Below are positions 1-14,020 of a DNA stretch of 64,000 bases, piece after piece. Source of the DNA: Azolla caroliniana (taxonomy: Eukaryota; Plantae; Polypodiophyta); assembly GCA_043228905.1 (NCBI GenBank), contig JBHGNT010000001.1, forward strand, positions 9,052,001-9,116,000, given 5' to 3'. The notes under the pieces were generated by a model, which did not search any database, was not told the origin of the DNA, and worked only from the letters and a program-made list of their open reading frames with translations. The first letter of the stretch is position 1; each line of letters opens with the position of its first letter. Position numbers and translations under genes: made by a program.

Positions 1-448
1 GGGTCGAACATGTCGCCAATGAAAGCCAACCTTTGGGTAGGCAAGGTGCATGTGCACCTCTACAAAAAGCCTCCCGTGTTTCCTTGTTGCTAGGAAGGAG
101 GAGGTTCGGGAGCCTTTCACTATGTGTGGTGTGTTGTTCACGGACGGACGAGTATATGTGTGTGTCCAAATAAGAACACATACTAAAAAGAGGGGTAGTT
201 TGGGAATATTGTGTGTGTGTAGTCTGTAGACGCTAAATAAGAACACAAATACTAAAAACAGGGGGGAATGAGAGAGGGGTAGTTTGGGAATTTGGTGGAA
301 TTAATGACAAAGCAAAAGGGAGGGGTATGGAGTGTAATTTCCGAAAATCAGCCTTTCACTAACCAAATAAACCAAATCGCCTCTCTCTCTCTCTCTCTCT
401 CTCATATCTTCCTTCCTTCGTCTGCTGCCCCTACACTGTACTGTGGTC

Positions 449-3400
449 ATGGCAATGTCCAGAAGCTTCTCTGCTCTCATTCAATCAGAAGAAGAGGAAG
501 ACATTGTGGATATTGAAGACGAAGACGAAGACGATATATTGCATCATCAGAGGAAGAGCAGATTCCATTGCCGCTTCTTTTACACTGATTTCCTCCATCT
601 CATTAATTTGCGTCAGTTTAGCTGCCTCAAAATCATCTGTCTCTTCTCACTTCTGGCTGTAATGTAAGTGAATGGATGAATTCTACGCTTTTGTACATTT
701 CTCTGCCTCTTAAGCAATAAGCGCAATCTGCTTCTCTAGATATCTTTCTCAGCGCAAATGCGCTTTTATCACATCCAAGGAAATCAAACCTCATTTTTTA
801 GATGCTTTTCTCAGAACAGAAGGGAAGCAATCTGCTATTTTGACGTGTTTTTCCGTAAGGAAAAGAAACCAATCTGCTTTTTACGATGCTTTGTTCGAAA
901 CAAAATATTCTTCATTTTCAGAAGAAAGCAAGCGGATGCCCTTCTCACGAAGAAATCAATTTGCTTTCTACTATTGCACTTTTCTCTGCGTCTCCTTGAA
1001 CAAAGAAATCTGCTTTTTGCTGTGCTTTTCTCCAGAAGAAAAGAAAGCAAATTGGGGTTCAAACAATACTTATATTAAGCTTTTTGACTGTGGTTTAATT
1101 GTACCAGGACCTGGGGGCGTTTCTTTTTCGTTCTTCCTGGCAATCCCAATCTAAACTTGGGATATTCTGTGGCCTGGAAGAAGGCGATAATACACTCTGC
1201 TTCAAAGGTATACGTATCAATACCCATACCCATGCATACACCTACATTTACACACACACACACAAACAAACATAGTATTGTACAAGTGTGAAGGTAAGAG
1301 TTTTGTCCAAAACATTGATATATGTTGTTTATTTATAGAAAACAAGGAGCTAGGGGTTACAGGCACATATAGATATATGTAGCATAGCAATAAACATTAA
1401 CTTGAGGCTTATATGTGAAGGTTAGCCAATCATCCAAATATTTTTTATATGTTTTTTGACCTTTCCTATGGACTAGAATGACGAATGAGGGATTATACCA
1501 GGTGTTAATAGCTGATGTTTTTCATGCGCTTGTTTGAAGTTAGAGGTTCATATAGACTTTCAGTATGTCCATTCTATGTTGTTTAGACTTCCTTGCTGAA
1601 CACAAAATCAAGAAAGGAGGGATTATACCATAGCTATGGTGTTAATATAAGTATTGTTTTGTTTGAACCCTTAATTCTTGGGGTAACATTTTATGGCTAT
1701 TCTATGTTCAGCCTTTCTTGTCGAATACAAATTTGCAACTAAGAGATTATGCCATTAGCCATTGTGTTAACAGAGCTATCTTTTAAATCCTTTAGTGTGA
1801 GATAAGTCTTCAGACATCATTGATTATGGCCATTCTATCACTATGTTTAGGTTTCGTGTTAATATAATTATTGTTTTGGAAGAGTCAGTGAGATGGGGTA
1901 GTAGGCTTAGACAACTCCAATGATTGATTACCATCTTTCTCCATTTTTTTTGCATGGTCATTCACAAGAAAACATGGTTTTTTTTATCATACAGGAAGGT
2001 GGAAGAATGACAGTGCTTGTCACAGGAGCAGCTGGTTTTGTGGGTTCACATGTGGCATTGTCTTTAAAGAGTCGAGGAGATGGTGTAGTAGGCTTAGACA
2101 ATTTCAATGATTACTATCCGGTTGCATTGAAACGAGCTCGAGCATCAATTCTTCAGGAGGCTGGGATGTAAGTATATCTGAGACAACTGATACTCAGGAT
2201 AAATGATCCAAATGGATGTCTAGCTTAACTTAATTGTTGCAGCATTTTGAGAATTATGGTAAACCAGATTGCCAATTTGGTAATTTGCCGTAGATTGGTT
2301 TTATGTTTTGACCTTGACATAGCCTCTTTTTTTTTTCATGTTACCAGTTTCATAGTAGAAGGGGATCTAAATAATTCAGACCTCCTCTCGAAGCTATTCA
2401 GCTTGGTGCATTTCACACATGTTCTTCATTTAGCTGCGCAGGTATGGTGAATATTATAAATTATTACAATATATTTATAAAAAGGACTGGTATTCATATG
2501 TGAGAAGTTTGCGTCATGGACAACTTAGAGATAGTTAATGTTGGTCTTAAGGTGCCATGGAAGATAAAGCTATCTTTCCATATGTATGCCAAAGAAAAGG
2601 TGTAATAAAAGTTAATGTTACTTTCTTGTAAATGGAATATATGGAGATGAATGTTTACAGTGTGGGCCATGTGGGCCATTTGTATGCTCTAAGCACATTT
2701 AAAAGACTCCTTCAATTCATGTTATAAATTAAACTCTTGTCACATCTTTCTATTAATTTCGTATATGGTGGTTCTATGAATAAATTTCTTAACTAGGTTT
2801 CTTGCTCTCCAGGCTGGGGTCAGATATGCAGTGAAGAACCCGTTAGCATATGTGCATAGTAATGTTGGTGGTTTTGTCTCTCTGCTTGAGCAATGTAAGG
2901 TAATCGTTTAAGCTCTCTATCACATTACATGACCCTTATTTCTATATGTAGAGCTAGGATGCATCATGTGACACTTATATGTGGAATGTTTTCATACAAT
3001 TTATGGTTTATCTCTTGTTTTAGGCTAGCAATCCACAACCAGCTATAGTTTATGCGTCTTCGAGCAGCGTGTATGGAATTAATTCCAAGGTATTTGATTT
3101 TAAATATGTTACGGAAGGTGTAATCATGGATATTGGAGCCATGATGTTGTAAGCTCTAAATAGATATTTCTAGGTCCCTTTTTCCGAAGATGATAGGACT
3201 GATCATCCAGCTAGCCTATATGCGGCCACTAAGGTATAATTACATACTGATTTTATATTTTGGTCTCTTACAAATCCTTGTAAAGACACTGACATTTGGA
3301 TGTATACATTCTTAACATCCAATAGAAAGCCGATGAAGTTCTAGCCCATACTTATAATAATATCTATGGGCTCTCAATCACGGCCCTCAGGTCTATGATC

Positions 3401-5113
3401 TATCCATCTAATATTGGTAATATACATACATATATTATGTATAAACTACTGTTGAGACTCCAAATGATATTTTGCAGGTTTTTCACTGTTTATGGTCCCT
3501 GGGGTAGACCTGACATGGCCTATTTCTCTTTTACCAGGAACATCATGGAGGGTCAGGTAGATTTTCTATATAAATCTATCTATCTATATTTGGACCCTCA
3601 CAATAATGACTATCTTTTGTGTGTTGCATGCACTCTATTAGGTGCCATTCTACATAAGAACTGTTTGTCTGTTTTACTTGCACAAAAGATATAGTCCTGC
3701 TATCTAGAGCAGACCTGGTGATATATATATATAATTTTATATAACGTCTAACACATAGAAATGCCAATATGTGTATAAACCTCTTAATTAATATCTCCTG
3801 GGTGCTCATTTTGCAGCCCATCAAGATCTTTCTGGGGCCACATGGTGAAGAATTGGCCCGAGACTTCACATTCATCGATGATATTGTACAAGGTTGTGTT
3901 GCTTCACTTGATACTGCACTTCCTAGCACAGGCAGTACAAGAAATAAGAGAAAAAAAGCACAATTCCGGATATTCAATCTTGGTAACACTCAACCGGTGA
4001 AAGTAGGGGATTTTGTCAGTATTCTCGAAATGCATCTGAAGAAGAAAGCAAAACGCAAGTTAGTACTTCAGTTCAGATTGTTTATATATGTATTGCACAT
4101 GCATGGATGGATGGATGTACATGCGTGCATATATTCTATATAATAATATACAATATATTTATATGCATAATACCTGTAATATACCATTCATTGGTTTCTA
4201 TTTTGGTCTTCAGAATTATACCTATGCCAGCAACTGGTGATGTTCTGTTCACACATGCAAATATAACCAAAGCTCAGGTTGCACTTGGGTATGTTAAAAT
4301 CTTACGTTGCACAGATATGATTTATTTTCATGAAGAATAATGTATTAATGTGGAAATAAAATACCACACAATTAAGCACTGAAAATTATGACTGCTAAGA
4401 TCATAACACGTTAGCAAACTATGTAGCCAAGGGGGCCAGTACAAATGGCGGATATGGTGACCCAATAAGTTACACAGTCGCAAGTCCTCTTCATCCATCA
4501 TATCTGAATTATCCAACAAATAAAACTGCCATAGCAACCATTCTGTCAACCTTCGAATGTGCTTATAGCTTCCAGATTGTCCACTAAACACAAACTTATT
4601 CCTCATAGATCAGTTATGCCATAATTCCCGAAACCTCAAATAGTGAATTGCAAGCTGAGACTGAGGTAGTAATACTTGTGAACCCACTTGTGCAAAGACC
4701 AATCGAAAAGGTCTTTCAGAAACACCACCGATCAAAGAAAACCTCACTGCATTTCTAAACTTCCAAAAAATCGATGCCAACTATGCTCGACAACAAGTGT
4801 GCAAAAGAAACACAATGTTTATAAATCAAATCATATATGATTTATCCTTTGGCAAATCATAAATGACCATTTTGGCACCATTAATGTGAACAAGTACTTG
4901 ACGCTCATTTGCTCAATAAACGATGGCACCAATGCATGTTAGGGTTTGCACAAATTTTGTATAATATGCTTACACATACCAATACATTTTCTTAGGTACA
5001 ATCCGGGGACCGACTTGGATACCGGTCTCCAGTTGTTTGTGAAATGGTACTTATCCTTTTACAAGCAGGGAGGTGAACATGAAAACATGTTGAAGGGCTA
5101 CCAACCTGATTAA
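449..5113 (+). CDS. GAE: UDP-D-glucuronate 4-epimerase, 12 exons, about 457 aa
   Basis: Manually spliced GT-AG exons 449-663, 1108-1207, 1995-2167, 2348-2441, 2813-2899, 3024-3089, 3174-3233, 3326-3390, 3478-3556, 3817-4058, 4214-4288, 4996-5113 total 1374 nt in frame. Motifs [42 protein letters not shown] (YxxxK), [28 protein letters not shown]; N-terminal hydrophobic anchor. Confidence 0.95.
1880..1935 (+). repeat. Intronic partial copy of GAE exon 3
   Basis: aagagtcagtgagatggggtagtaggcttagacaactccaatgattgattaccatc matches exon 3 at about 2067-2118 (aagagtcgaggagatggtgtagtaggcttagacaatttcaatgattactatc). Confidence 0.8.
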
Positions 5114-6291
5114 GTCTCTAGTGTTCAAATACATAAATAATGTTTGTTTGGGTATGGTAACCATTTATTTGAACTTGTCAAGATATGTGTGTATAGATAG
5201 ATAGATAGATTATATGTATATATATATATACATATATATGTATGTATGTATATGTATATATTTATGAATGTAGCTATATATAATACCTTAAGGAAATATT
5301 TTCTCCTTAGCTCATTAATTTTCAGTGAATGAGCATGTAGAGTTACATGACAATTAATTATCCCAAAATTATTTTCGTGGTTCAAAACATTAATGGATTC
5401 ATTTTGCATGTGGCAATGGCATGAATAATAGCAACATTTTTCTGATGATGAAGTTGACTTTATAAAATATCTCTTCATGAAAATATAATGATGGAACAAT
5501 TGATAGAGATGGAGCTAGAAATGTCGATCATTATTGATGGCTATTCAAAGTTTATGAATCATGTGGGCAATTTACATGCAAACCATTTTGACAAAGCAAT
5601 TTCAATAAGGCAAGGCGTAATTGAATATGTTGGTACATCTAGAACATTATTCAATGAAATGAATTTCTTTCTCTTGTGTTTATCATAAGTTAGTTTGGGA
5701 CACAACATATAGAATATTTCATCAACACTAAGTTGAGAAGCATGTGGATGCATTTGGAGAATATAAATGTAAAGAATAAATTGGGAACTTGTCAAAGAGG
5801 CCTTAAAAGTAACTTTCAATTATCGAACTCCCTTAAATCACATGAGAAAAATATCCATGAAGTAAAACTACATAAGTAATGAGCTTCTTCTATCAAATGA
5901 ATCATATGGAAAATAAAACCCTAGAATAACATTATGTGATTACTTCAAGGTAATTTTATTACATCATTTGTGTTGTTGGAGATAGACCAATTGGTTTCTC
6001 TTCATACTAAATCAATTCTATGAACAATATGTCTAACCTTGTGTAACAATAGAACATAATCTCGTAAATCACTATATTGATCTTGGGATTTTAATCCTTG
6101 CTTGAATGTCTTCAACTTTTGATATTGCACACTTTAATCTGTCTATTAACAATATTAATTGGCTTTTTGATGACATGACATTGCCATGCAGCTATCATTA
6201 TTGGAATCTCAAAAACCTTGAATGAATCCTCGAATGGTTGTTTCACCTTATAGAAGGTACCACAAATGATTGATGACATTATAAAAATATC

Positions 6292-6484
6292 CATGAGATC
6301 AAACAAGCTATTATTCCAAGGAATAAAAAAAACTTCCAACTTCACAAGCATGCGTAAACCTTTGTTCTAAATCTTGATTCAAGTTCCTAGCATGAGATCA
6401 AACAAGCTACTATTCCAAGGAATAAAAAAACTTCCAACTTCACAAGCATGCGTAAACCTTTGTTCTATTCATTCAAGTTCCTAG
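6292..6484 (+). repeat. Near-perfect ~99-bp tandem duplication
   Basis: catgagatcaaacaagcta...attcaagttcctag starts at both 6292 and 6391. Confidence 0.9.
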
Positions 6485-7387
6485 CCATTCACCATCCTAA
6501 TAATGTGATGTTATTTTTTAGCATTGACAATTAATCTTCTTAATTTCTTGTCAAAATTTACATGCGACTGCTATTCTCAATTTGTGAACCAAACTGAAGA
6601 CTGTTATATAACGAGGAGATCTATGTATAATGGATTGTTTCCACAATCAAACTACAAATGATGTCATTTGCCCTATAAGAGGCCATGCTGGCACAAATGG
6701 AATATTATATCATATGGTGTGCATTTTCCTCATTTCTTATGCCCAATAAGAACTTCTCACACGACCATATATGCATGTCCCAACAATCAATTTGAAACTA
6801 GGTATTAGAACCACATTATAAAAAGAAGGAAGAGGTAAATTATGGAAAGGGAAAAAACTCCCGAAATACCTCCGGTTCATCTTTATTTCTTGAATGCTCA
6901 AAAGTTTTTCATTACATCCCTCGAGAATGCCCCTTGGAGGTCAACTCTTGTAGAGGAAGGGTTTAGATTTAACCATGGATGGATCAGCGAGAGAATAAAT
7001 ATCCTAAAGATGAAGTGGATCATCGAGTCATCCACATGAAAATGTCCGAGGAACTAGATTGGTTTTCGCTGGCATGACACCATATATCGCCTCGGTCACT
7101 TTTGGATGTAAGCGTACGGATAGTGGGGGGTATTACGTAAGATGGGCGATTTGTTCTGCGAATGATTTAAGGCGGCATACGAGCTCCGCGGATCACAATA
7201 TAAGGAGTACGATCACACTCTGATATATCATATACATATGTCGGAGAGAGAAGGGCAATGCAGGGGAATTAAAGAAAGCCCCCCCCCCCCCCTCCTTCCC
7301 TGGTAGGGGCATTTTGGGGTAAATTTTAACATGGTACATATTATGTATGTAATAAATAAGAAGACTCGACAAAAGAGTTATATGTAT

Positions 7388-7425
7388 TGTTTTGTGTCCT
7401 GATTTCCTGTGCCAGCAATTTGGAA

Positions 7426-7474
<49 letters not shown>

Positions 7475-8115
7475 TCCTGTTGTTGCGCCATGAATACATG
7501 GGAATGTGAAGGATGTGCTCTTCCTCTCCCCATCATCATCTTCCCCATCATCCACCAATAATTCCTTCAGGTGGGACTTTTCTTTCTCTCTTTCTCTCTT
7601 TCTTCTTCTTCTTCTCTCTGTTGATTTGCAGCTATGGTAGCTTCATTTTAGCTCTATATTCTCTCTACACTTACGCATCGGGCATCGTTCCACTCTCATA
7701 TATCTGTAAAACACCCGAATTTAACGAAATGGCCAGGAAAAGACATCAGCTTTCGCATTTGTTGTTCTGTTATCATTAGAAAATACAGTACTCTTTTCTT
7801 CCTTACAGTTGGAGACCCGTCACCAAAAATGTGGCTAGAAAAGACCATTGCTGTAATAGTTTCTGTAATACTAGTAACAATGCTAGATGGATAGATATAT
7901 ATGTTTTACAAGTTCTTCTGAGCAGGAAAGGAATGCTGAAATTCTTCGGTTTCAGATTCACCAAGAAGGTTTTGGATCCAATGCTATCTTCTACATAATT
8001 CTTTTCATTTATATCTCAGAGAATGCAGAAGTTTTCATTGCTTTGTACATATCTCAATTTTTTGAATGCGCACATGAATCATTACACATTATTGCTGTAT
8101 GACCTATCTGAATTA
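7388..8115 (+). repeat. Inverted diverged copy of the NFS2 5' region (leader, exon 1, start of intron 1); probable 5' leader exon of the CDK-like gene
   Basis: Aligns to the reverse complement of about 26985-27750, e.g. tgttgttgcgccatgaatacatgggaatgtgaaggatgtgctcttcctct vs tgttgttgcgccatgaattcatggaatgtgaaggatgtgctcttcctct. Both share the AG|GTGGG donor, and intronic blocks match (gaatgctgaaattcttcggtt...ccaagaaggttttggatcca). Confidence 0.85.
7429..7474 (+). repeat. (GA)n microsatellite
   Basis: Visible GA run with one interruption, directly after the ATG at 7427. Confidence 0.95.
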
Positions 8116-8850
8116 GCCTTTAGTGTTAAATTTTGCTTCTTATGGCCTCTTCCTCAATATTGAATGCCCATATGAATTAATGCTGAATATTATCATATGC
8201 CTCATTTTCTCTCCATTAATGTGCAAATCTGACTTGTTTGATGTATAACACATTTCTAAAACGCCCAGATGCAGCTGTACAGTGTATACGAATGACCACT
8301 AATTTCAGTGTATGTTTGATTGATTTTTGAGAGACTTGAAAATTGGCTTGTTTTATTATATGAGTCAACACTGTAAGGCTCATATGAGTTAGCACTCAAT
8401 ATCAATGCATAGCGCATTCACATGTTTCTATTGAATGTTTTCTGCTTCTTCATCTTATCGTTTGCTATTCCATTGTCTCAGAAAATTCAAACTCTAATTA
8501 TTCTTTCTTTCCATTGATGTCCGAGAGACACTAAAATATTTAAACTTTTTTGTTAATGCACAATCTTGAAAGCCCCATGAATCAGCATTGAATATTGCTG
8601 TGACCAATTCAAGCTATGAGTTAACATCGTTGTATGAACCATCTGGGTTACTCATTATTATTGTACAACCTATACAAATTATTTCTCATTCTATTATTAT
8701 TCTTGTTTTTGCATAACCTTCATATTAAATTGCCATATGACTTAGTATTCAATAATATCTGTATAAATTCTGCTTCTTTTAATTGTATGCTGATATGGTC
8801 TATTCACATTCTTCTTTTAATGATGCTGAATTTTGTCTATGTATATGCAG

Positions 8851-11800
8851 GAGCCACCTAAAGAAGGGTCACAGAGAGGTGCCTCCAGAGAAGGATCACA
8901 GAAAGGAGGAGCTTCCACACAACCTGGTTCACAATATAAAGGAGTTCAAAAACTGGATGTGCGCGCTCTTATTGAAACGGATGGAAGACAAAATCATGAG
9001 CTTGAAAATGGGAGGCCTGCTTTTGTTAGCAGTATCCCTAATCAAGCCAGAGGAGCCCAAACAGCTGCCGGATGGCCAACATGGCTTACAAATGTTGCTG
9101 GTGAAGCTCTCAATGGTTTGGTTCCAAGAAAATTCGACTCTTTTGAAAAGATGACCAAGGTCAATGATAAAGTGATGCATTCGATGAGATTTTAGATACC
9201 TATAATCAATTTGTGCATTGGCATCTTCAGCCTTGAGAAGACGGAAAATTGACAAAAATTTCCTGATTTTATAAACATTCCTTTATCTATGCTTGAGTTG
9301 CTGATATACATGAAGTTCATTGTTATACATGATGAGCAGAAACCATCATTTCCTGTAGTGTTCTACCACATAATTGATCTTATGTAGGGATTATTGCGAA
9401 TGATATATTGATATACGATTATAGCATTTCACATATGGATCGTTGGTTTATACTCTGACAACCAAAAAACCCATTGTCTGTTATGTATTGCAGATTGGAG
9501 AAGGCACATATAGTAATGTGTTCAAAGGTCGTGATCTACTGAATGGAAAGGTAGTTGCAATGAAAAAAGTTCGTTTTGATACACTTGAGCCAGAAAGTGT
9601 GCGATTTATGGCTCGAGAAATTATAATATTGCGGAGGCTTAACCATCCTAATGTAATAAAGCTACAAAATATTGCTATATCTCGAGAGTCAGGTAGCTTG
9701 TATCTAGTCTTTGAGTACATGGATTATGACTTGGGTAGAATTTTGACTTCTTCACAAATGGGATTCACAGTACCACAGGTTAGTATGAAAAGTTACACTT
9801 GCATATTATCGTAATTTCATGAAGGTTGAAATGTAGTTTTTTATTTTCAGGTGAAGTGTTATTTGTTACAGATACTAAAAGGACTCGAGTATTGCCATAC
9901 TCATGGTGTTCTTCATCGTGATATCAAAGGATCTAACCTTCTTTTAGACAGTAATGGAAACTTAAAGATAGCTGATTTTGGCTTGGCCACATTTTTCCAG
10001 CCAAATAAGAAGCAACATTTTACAACTCGCGTAGTGACACTTTGGTACCGTCCTCCAGAGCTCCTTTTAGGAGCCACTGAATATGGAATCGGAATAGATT
10101 TGTGGAGTGTTGGTTGTGTTTTTGGGGAACTCTTTACCCGTAAACCTATTTTGGCCGGAAAAACTGAGGTAGGGATTGTGAACGTAATTATCTAATTCGG
10201 TAAGCAATTAATCTCTATGGAACTAATAAAAATATATGGATTAGAGATTCATTCTCTACCTGCATCCTGTCTCTCCCATTATTAACTTCTAGTGAAGGTG
10301 ATGTGTGTGCATATAATAGCTCACTATATGATATGATGGCATTGTGCATCCATTCTACAACATAAGATAGTATTACTTGGTTTTGTATTTTTGGTTTTGC
10401 TGCTTCAATTTTCATGTTTGTAAGAATAAAATTAGCAGGGTTATAGACTGACTGTTCAATCCTATCTCTAGCCTGATTATTAACACTTATTTATTGGTTT
10501 AGGGTTTAATTTTTTTTATCATTTGCTTTTATGTTTTTGACGTTTCTGCTTTACATTCGTGCTTTTAATATGGTTTAGACATGCTTAACTGACATTTATT
10601 ACGCATCCTTTCTAATTTTTACACAGGTAGAACAACTCCATAAGATCTTCAAGCTTTGTGGATTTCCATCTGAGGAATATTGGATGAAGTACAAGCTCTC
10701 TTACACCTTCAAACCCCGAAGACCCTATAAAAGGTCCTTGGCCGAAGCTTTCAAAAGCTTGCCACAACCAGCATTGCAATTGCTTGATGTCTTGCTGGCT
10801 GTCGATCCAGATGCTCGGGGGTCAGCATCATCTGCTCTCCAAAGTGATGTAAGTCTAGTTCTCATACCTTGAAACATATGAATCAAGATTGACGTTGATT
10901 TGAATTGTTTACACATAATGATTGACCTCTGACTCATCATGCAAATGTCAAAATTCACAGTTCTTCAAGTCCTTGCCGTTTGCATGCGACCGATCAAGTC
11001 TACCAAAATATATACCAAATAATAGCATTTTGAAAGCACAACCAGCTAAAGGAAAAGGGTAAAATCATCGCGATATTCTCTTATTCTAGATGTACTCATC
11101 TTGAATTACAGGGATGCTTAATAAATAGTTCCTTTCTGGACAGACAATCATCCATAGGTACAAAAATACCTGATTCAGATGCTGATTTCAGGAGAGGATA
11201 CAATTTTGTGGAGTATAAGGGGTTCTATGATGATGTTCACCAGGAAAATGATGAATTGACATTAAAAAATGAAGTATGGATATTTAATATTAGAATGTGC
11301 TTAATGAAGATATCTAGTATAGGTCTTGTATGTATAAATTATGACATCCATCAAAGAATAAGATGTGGAAATATAGTATTAAAGTTTTGCTGTATGAAGC
11401 TATCTACAAAATTTGTTACAGACGAAATGGGTGTTGACGATGAGCTTTATTATCAGGAAGCTAAAAATTGAAGGATGTCATTTTCATGCAGAGATCTTTA
11501 TTGTATTCAAGCGTTCCACCTAAGAGTAGGAGTGAGAGATTTCCTTCACAAGTAAAGGATATTTCTCGAAAGATGGTTGCGAATAATACCTCATGGCAGC
11601 AAGGTGGAGAGAGAAACGGAGTATATGCATTGTCTCCAGACAAAGCCCATCATATAACAGGAATATTGAATGCTAAAACAGAGGAAAATGTGAGCCTACT
11701 CAAAAAATCAATGATAACCAGTCATCACAGATCATCACAAATGGGCCAGAAACAACAAGAGAGTGATGCCCCCTCTAATTATAAGAATAATAAGTTATTT

Positions 11801-12813
11801 CTGGCAAGGGACTATGCTAAAATTAGTGATGAGTCTCAAAGTGAACGACATGAGCTCAAGTTCAAGGTCAACAAAGTAACCATCAAGTCTCAAATAACAA
11901 CAGATAGCATAGATGTTTCAAAGCCCACACATCGAAGGCAGGGATTTGATGATGTTGACCTCATGATGCAGCATCAGAAGGCCAAACGAGAGGTATTATT
12001 TTATTAATCATGTTCTTTACTATAGCGAACATAGGGTCTTAAAATACCTGAAGATGTGGGTTCTTTTACCTAATTTTCTCCGTACAATCCCAGGTTTTTT
12101 TTCTGTACTCCAAATTTTTAGTTTCTTACCTGGTTTTTCCTAATAACCCTTGAAGATTCTGGTTGTTTTACTTGGTGCCTTCTAATTCATGAAGATGTGG
12201 ATTTTTTAACTGGAATTTGACTCATACTCCTTGAAGATGTGGGGGTGTAAGCCTGGCATTTTTACCATACACTCTTTGAAGATATGCCGTTTACCTTATT
12301 ATCTTTGAAAATGTGGTGTCTTTGTATGATTTTCATCCTATTATCCTTGAAGACGTTAGTTTCTTTACTTTCTTTTCATCCTTACAAAAATGCGGGGGTA
12401 TTTTTTGTTATACTCCATGAAGATGGGGATCTTCAAACTTGGTTCTTTCTTATAATTCTTGAACAAAAGATGTGGGTTATTTTTAAAACTTAGTTTCTGC
12501 CTTAATATTTCTGTTTATAATCATTGAGAATATGGTTATTTGTTTTTCTGTGGTTTTATATGTAATAATCCCTGAAAAGATGGCTGTGTGTCTTTGTGGG
12601 GATTTTGTGCAGAATTTGAGGGGTTCATCATCGTCGTCGTCAAGGGTGATGCAGTTTTCAGGGTTTTTGGTACCTTCTTCCAGTGATATAGAGCACGTGA
12701 TGCAGCAAAGAGAGCATCAAATTCAAAATGCCATGCGGCGTGCAAGACAAGAAAAACAAAGGTATAGGACCGCGATGGATTCAGAGCATCATCTTCTACT
12801 ACATCATATGTGA
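8851..12813 (+). CDS. Plant CDK-like Ser/Thr kinase (CKL / At1g54610-IBS1 type); true start codon unresolved
   Basis: Exons about 8851-9159 ([13 protein letters not shown]), 9493-9778 ([31 protein letters not shown]), 9851-10168 ([33 protein letters not shown]), 10627-10848, 10961-11058, ~11143-11270, ~11492-11992 and ~12614-12813 (SGFL...[13 protein letters not shown], the typical CKL C-terminus). Confidence 0.92.
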
Positions 12814-13947
12814 GAAGAGAACAAGAATGTTACGTTATTTCCTTATGATGGGAAAACGCCAGAATGCTGTTCACTTCTGTTGGTTATTTATCAGACTATC
12901 CCAAACTACCAGAATACACCAGTGTAGTGCACAAGTTAGGGTCAAAATACAAATATAGTTCATATGTTCATGTAAATATCAAATCCTTGAATATGATGAG
13001 CTTATAGCATGAACTGACATAGAAACCATGTAAGCCATGAAATGGAATGCTGCTCCAATCAGTAATATCCATGCCACTATGAAGTTATCAATAGTTATTC
13101 GGTTTCTTAGTTTTTTATTTATTGCGAATGCAAAAATTCAGCTTGAAATCATTCATTGTGAATAAAAAATCAAGCAACAATTTTGAATATAGAGATGTGA
13201 AATCAATCCTTGCTGAACACTTTTCTTGCATTACTTCTTACGCTTCAGATGAGCATGGATGTAGTTTATGTCCGAAGATGGGAAAAGATGATAATAGCAT
13301 CAGGGTCACTTTCATGGGTTTTCGCCATTCAACTATATATAAGAAGCTTCAAGCAATAAACAGGAAGGGGTAATGTAAAAAATGTTGCTCATCTTGAGAA
13401 TACTATGAACTATAATGTAAAAAATATGAGCTGATACCCTTAAAAAAAATTAAGGGATGAAATATATATGAAAGTAAAGAATTTAAAAGCATAGGTTGGA
13501 GTAGATGGGTCTAATTACTTCCGGTTTCCTCTACCTTCTATGTTTATTATCATAACAATCATGGAGTTCCAAAGGATATTGATGTTTGGAACAATAGCCT
13601 TGTTCGGCAAGGATAATCTCTAAAAAAGTTTCTTCCAAAGGTTTATTTGGTGAAGAGTTTGTTTTTATGGTTTTTCATTAGAGACATGGAGAGAAGCCAC
13701 CTTAAGTTATGGATGGGTCTCTAATTACTGTGCATACTTGTAACAGTACTCAAGTATGACAACCATAGATAAGTGAATTAATCAATGAATTGTTATGAAG
13801 AATTTTAAATTTTAGTTTTATTATGAAGCCACACGCTCTTTTAATATGTTTGCATCAAGTGTTTATAGAGAATACATTTTATGTGTTTCATTCCACCTAT
13901 TTATAATGAGGATCATGGATAGAGATACAGAGATAAACAAAGCCTAG

Positions 13948-14020
13948 ATCGATGTAGCTTAGTTGGTAAGGTTGTTCGTTGAAAGTGAGAAGGTCATAGA
14001 TTCAACCCCTACATTCCACA
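13948..14020 (+). pseudogene. Degenerate tRNA-like sequence (GAA anticodon loop) or tRNA-derived SINE head
   Basis: A-box-like TAGCTTAGTTGG, 7-nt loop TTGAAAG, B-box-like GATTCAACCCC and 3' acattcca. The stems pair poorly, so this is not a functional tRNA. Confidence 0.45.

Noticed and set aside
758-1154. ORFs of 75-106 aa near the GAE start
   Set aside because: They lie mostly in GAE intron 1, which is made of low-complexity aatctgc-ttt repeats.
4370-4960. Coding-like insert in the last GAE intron
   Set aside because: Possibly a LINE fragment, but no diagnostic motif is visible.
5440-6800. Possible decayed DNA-transposon coding sequence
   Set aside because: I could not read a convincing motif; only the tandem duplication is reported.
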